64,000 bases of DNA from Octopus sinensis (lineage: Eukaryota), in contig NC_043014.1 of the NCBI RefSeq assembly GCF_006345805.1, positions 6,882,001 through 6,946,000 of the forward strand. Direction: 5' to 3'. Position 1 is the stretch's first letter; each line of letters starts with the position of its first letter. Under the pieces are notes generated by a model. The model made no database searches, was not told where the DNA came from, and saw only the letters and a program-made list of their open reading frames with translations. The translations under genes were made by a program, and so were the position numbers. Positions 62,575 through 64,000 of this stretch are shown in pieces.

Positions 62575-63387
62575 CAGCACTGACATGTGCTGATCATCGG
62601 GCCAGCGCCAGTCGCCCAGAGCTCCGCCGCGCTACCGTGCCTGATCTAGTAAGAACGAATCGAAGCTCGCGGTATCGCCCACGTACACGTGGACGTAGCC
62701 GCGACCGATCCCTTCAGTCGCCGGGAGTCTGTGGCGATATGCACAGGGCAACACAAGACGTGTGCATCTGTACAGCACTGACATCTGCTGACCATCGGGC
62801 CAGCGCCAGTCGCCCAGAGCTCCGCCGCGCTACCGTGCCTGATCTAGTAAGAACGAATCGAAGCTCGCGGTATCGCCCACGTACACGTGGACGTAGCCGC
62901 GACCGATCCCTTCAGTCGCCGGGAGTCTGTGGCGATATGCACAGGGCAACACAAGACGTGTGCATCTGTTCAGCACTGACATCTGCTGACCATCGGGCCA
63001 GCGCCAGTCGCCCAGAGCTCCGCCGCGCTACCGTGCCCGATCTAGTAAGAACGAATCGAAGCTCGCGGTACCGCCCACGTACACGTGGACGTAGCCGCGA
63101 CCGATCCCTTCAGTCGCCGGGAGTCTGTGGCGATATGCACAGGGCAACACAAGACGTGTGCATCTGTACAGCACTGACATCTGCTGACCATCGGGCCAGT
63201 GCCAGTCGCCCAGAGCTCCGCCGCGCTACCGTGCCCGATCTAGTAAGAACGAATCGAAGCTCGCGGTATCGCCCACGTACACGTAGCCGCGACCGATCCC
63301 TTCAGTCACCGGGAGTCTGTGGCGATATGCACAGGGCAACACAAGACGTGTGCATCTGCACAGCACTGCCATCTGCTGACCATCGGT
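62575..63387. repeat. GC/CpG-rich 198-bp tandem array (4.1 copies)
   Basis: cagcactg recurs at 62575, 62773, 62971, 63169 and 63361; copies are nearly identical and the fourth has a 6-bp deletion. Confidence 0.95.
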
Positions 63388-64000
63388 CCCAGCAATTCGC
63401 TACTTACTCCATCGTCTACGAGAGGATGAAAGACAAAGTCCACTTCGACGGAATTTGAACCCAGAACGTGAAGAAGGACGAAACGCTGTTCTGGATTTCG
63501 AACGGCGTGCTAGCGACTCTGCCAGCCTACAGCCTTATTAATTTCTAATTATTATATTAAATTATTGTGATGGTGCGTGGGCCTAGTGGTAGACTGTTGC
63601 ATTCACGAACGATTCCCAGACTTGGCCTTCTCACCTAGCCAGCTGGACGGCGTTATTCGAAGACGAAGAAGCGCACTATGACCAGCGATGTGTAACATCT
63701 GGCAACCTGATCCATCATGTGATATCGAACCATAACCTCGTACACACCAGGACAGCATGCTTATAATACAAAACGTATCTGTACAGCACTGGCATATGTT
63801 GAGGTCCTTCGTTTTATATTCAGAATTTAAACCAAGATTGTGTTAGCAACGGAGGGTGTTGTAGGTGCAGGCATGGGAAAGGGTCATCTACTTTGGCCCC
63901 AGACCAACCAATGACTTGACATTGAATTTGATAGATGGAAACTGTGCAGAGATAATTGTTTAGTATCGTGATATTAAAAAGGTAAAAATTAAGGGGGAGA

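Noticed and set aside
62637-63458. 273-aa Arg/Ser-rich repetitive ORF as a protein-coding gene
   Set aside because: GTG start, no recognisable domain or splice context; an open frame is expected from a GC-rich unit whose length is a multiple of 3. Kept only as part of the satellite finding.
50675-64000. Aurora N-terminal exons (GxGxFG and VALK motifs)
   Set aside because: No matching minus-strand sequence was found by eye; they are presumed to lie beyond the window, but a short missed exon cannot be excluded.

Overview
AT-rich, repeat-saturated animal genomic DNA, most likely an octopod cephalopod (inferred from the SINE/LINE families, not confirmed by a search). One host gene is supported: an Aurora-family Ser/Thr kinase on the minus strand. 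Four coding exons were traced with GT-AG sites in a continuous frame (50536-50674, 20680-20828, 15853-16084, 12912-13031), followed by a 3' UTR with AATAAA at 12311-12316. Its N-terminal exons were not found and probably lie beyond 64000. Nearly everything else is transposon-derived: a near-complete RTE LINE with one frameshift (57460-61327), many 5'-truncated copies of its 3' UTR, CR1, Tx1-like and Penelope-like relics, several tRNA-derived SINE families, non-autonomous Helitrons, piggyBac MITEs plus a transposase relic, and micro/minisatellites. The most interesting observations are a minimal Penelope-type hammerhead ribozyme sense to the Aurora pre-mRNA, a PHD finger inside the RTE ORF, an inverted templated insertion flanked by a 20-bp duplication, ORF1-only zinc-knuckle elements, and a CpG-rich, hairpin-packed 198-bp tandem array. 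Repeat boundaries were read by eye and are approximate unless terminal motifs are quoted. No database searches were run.
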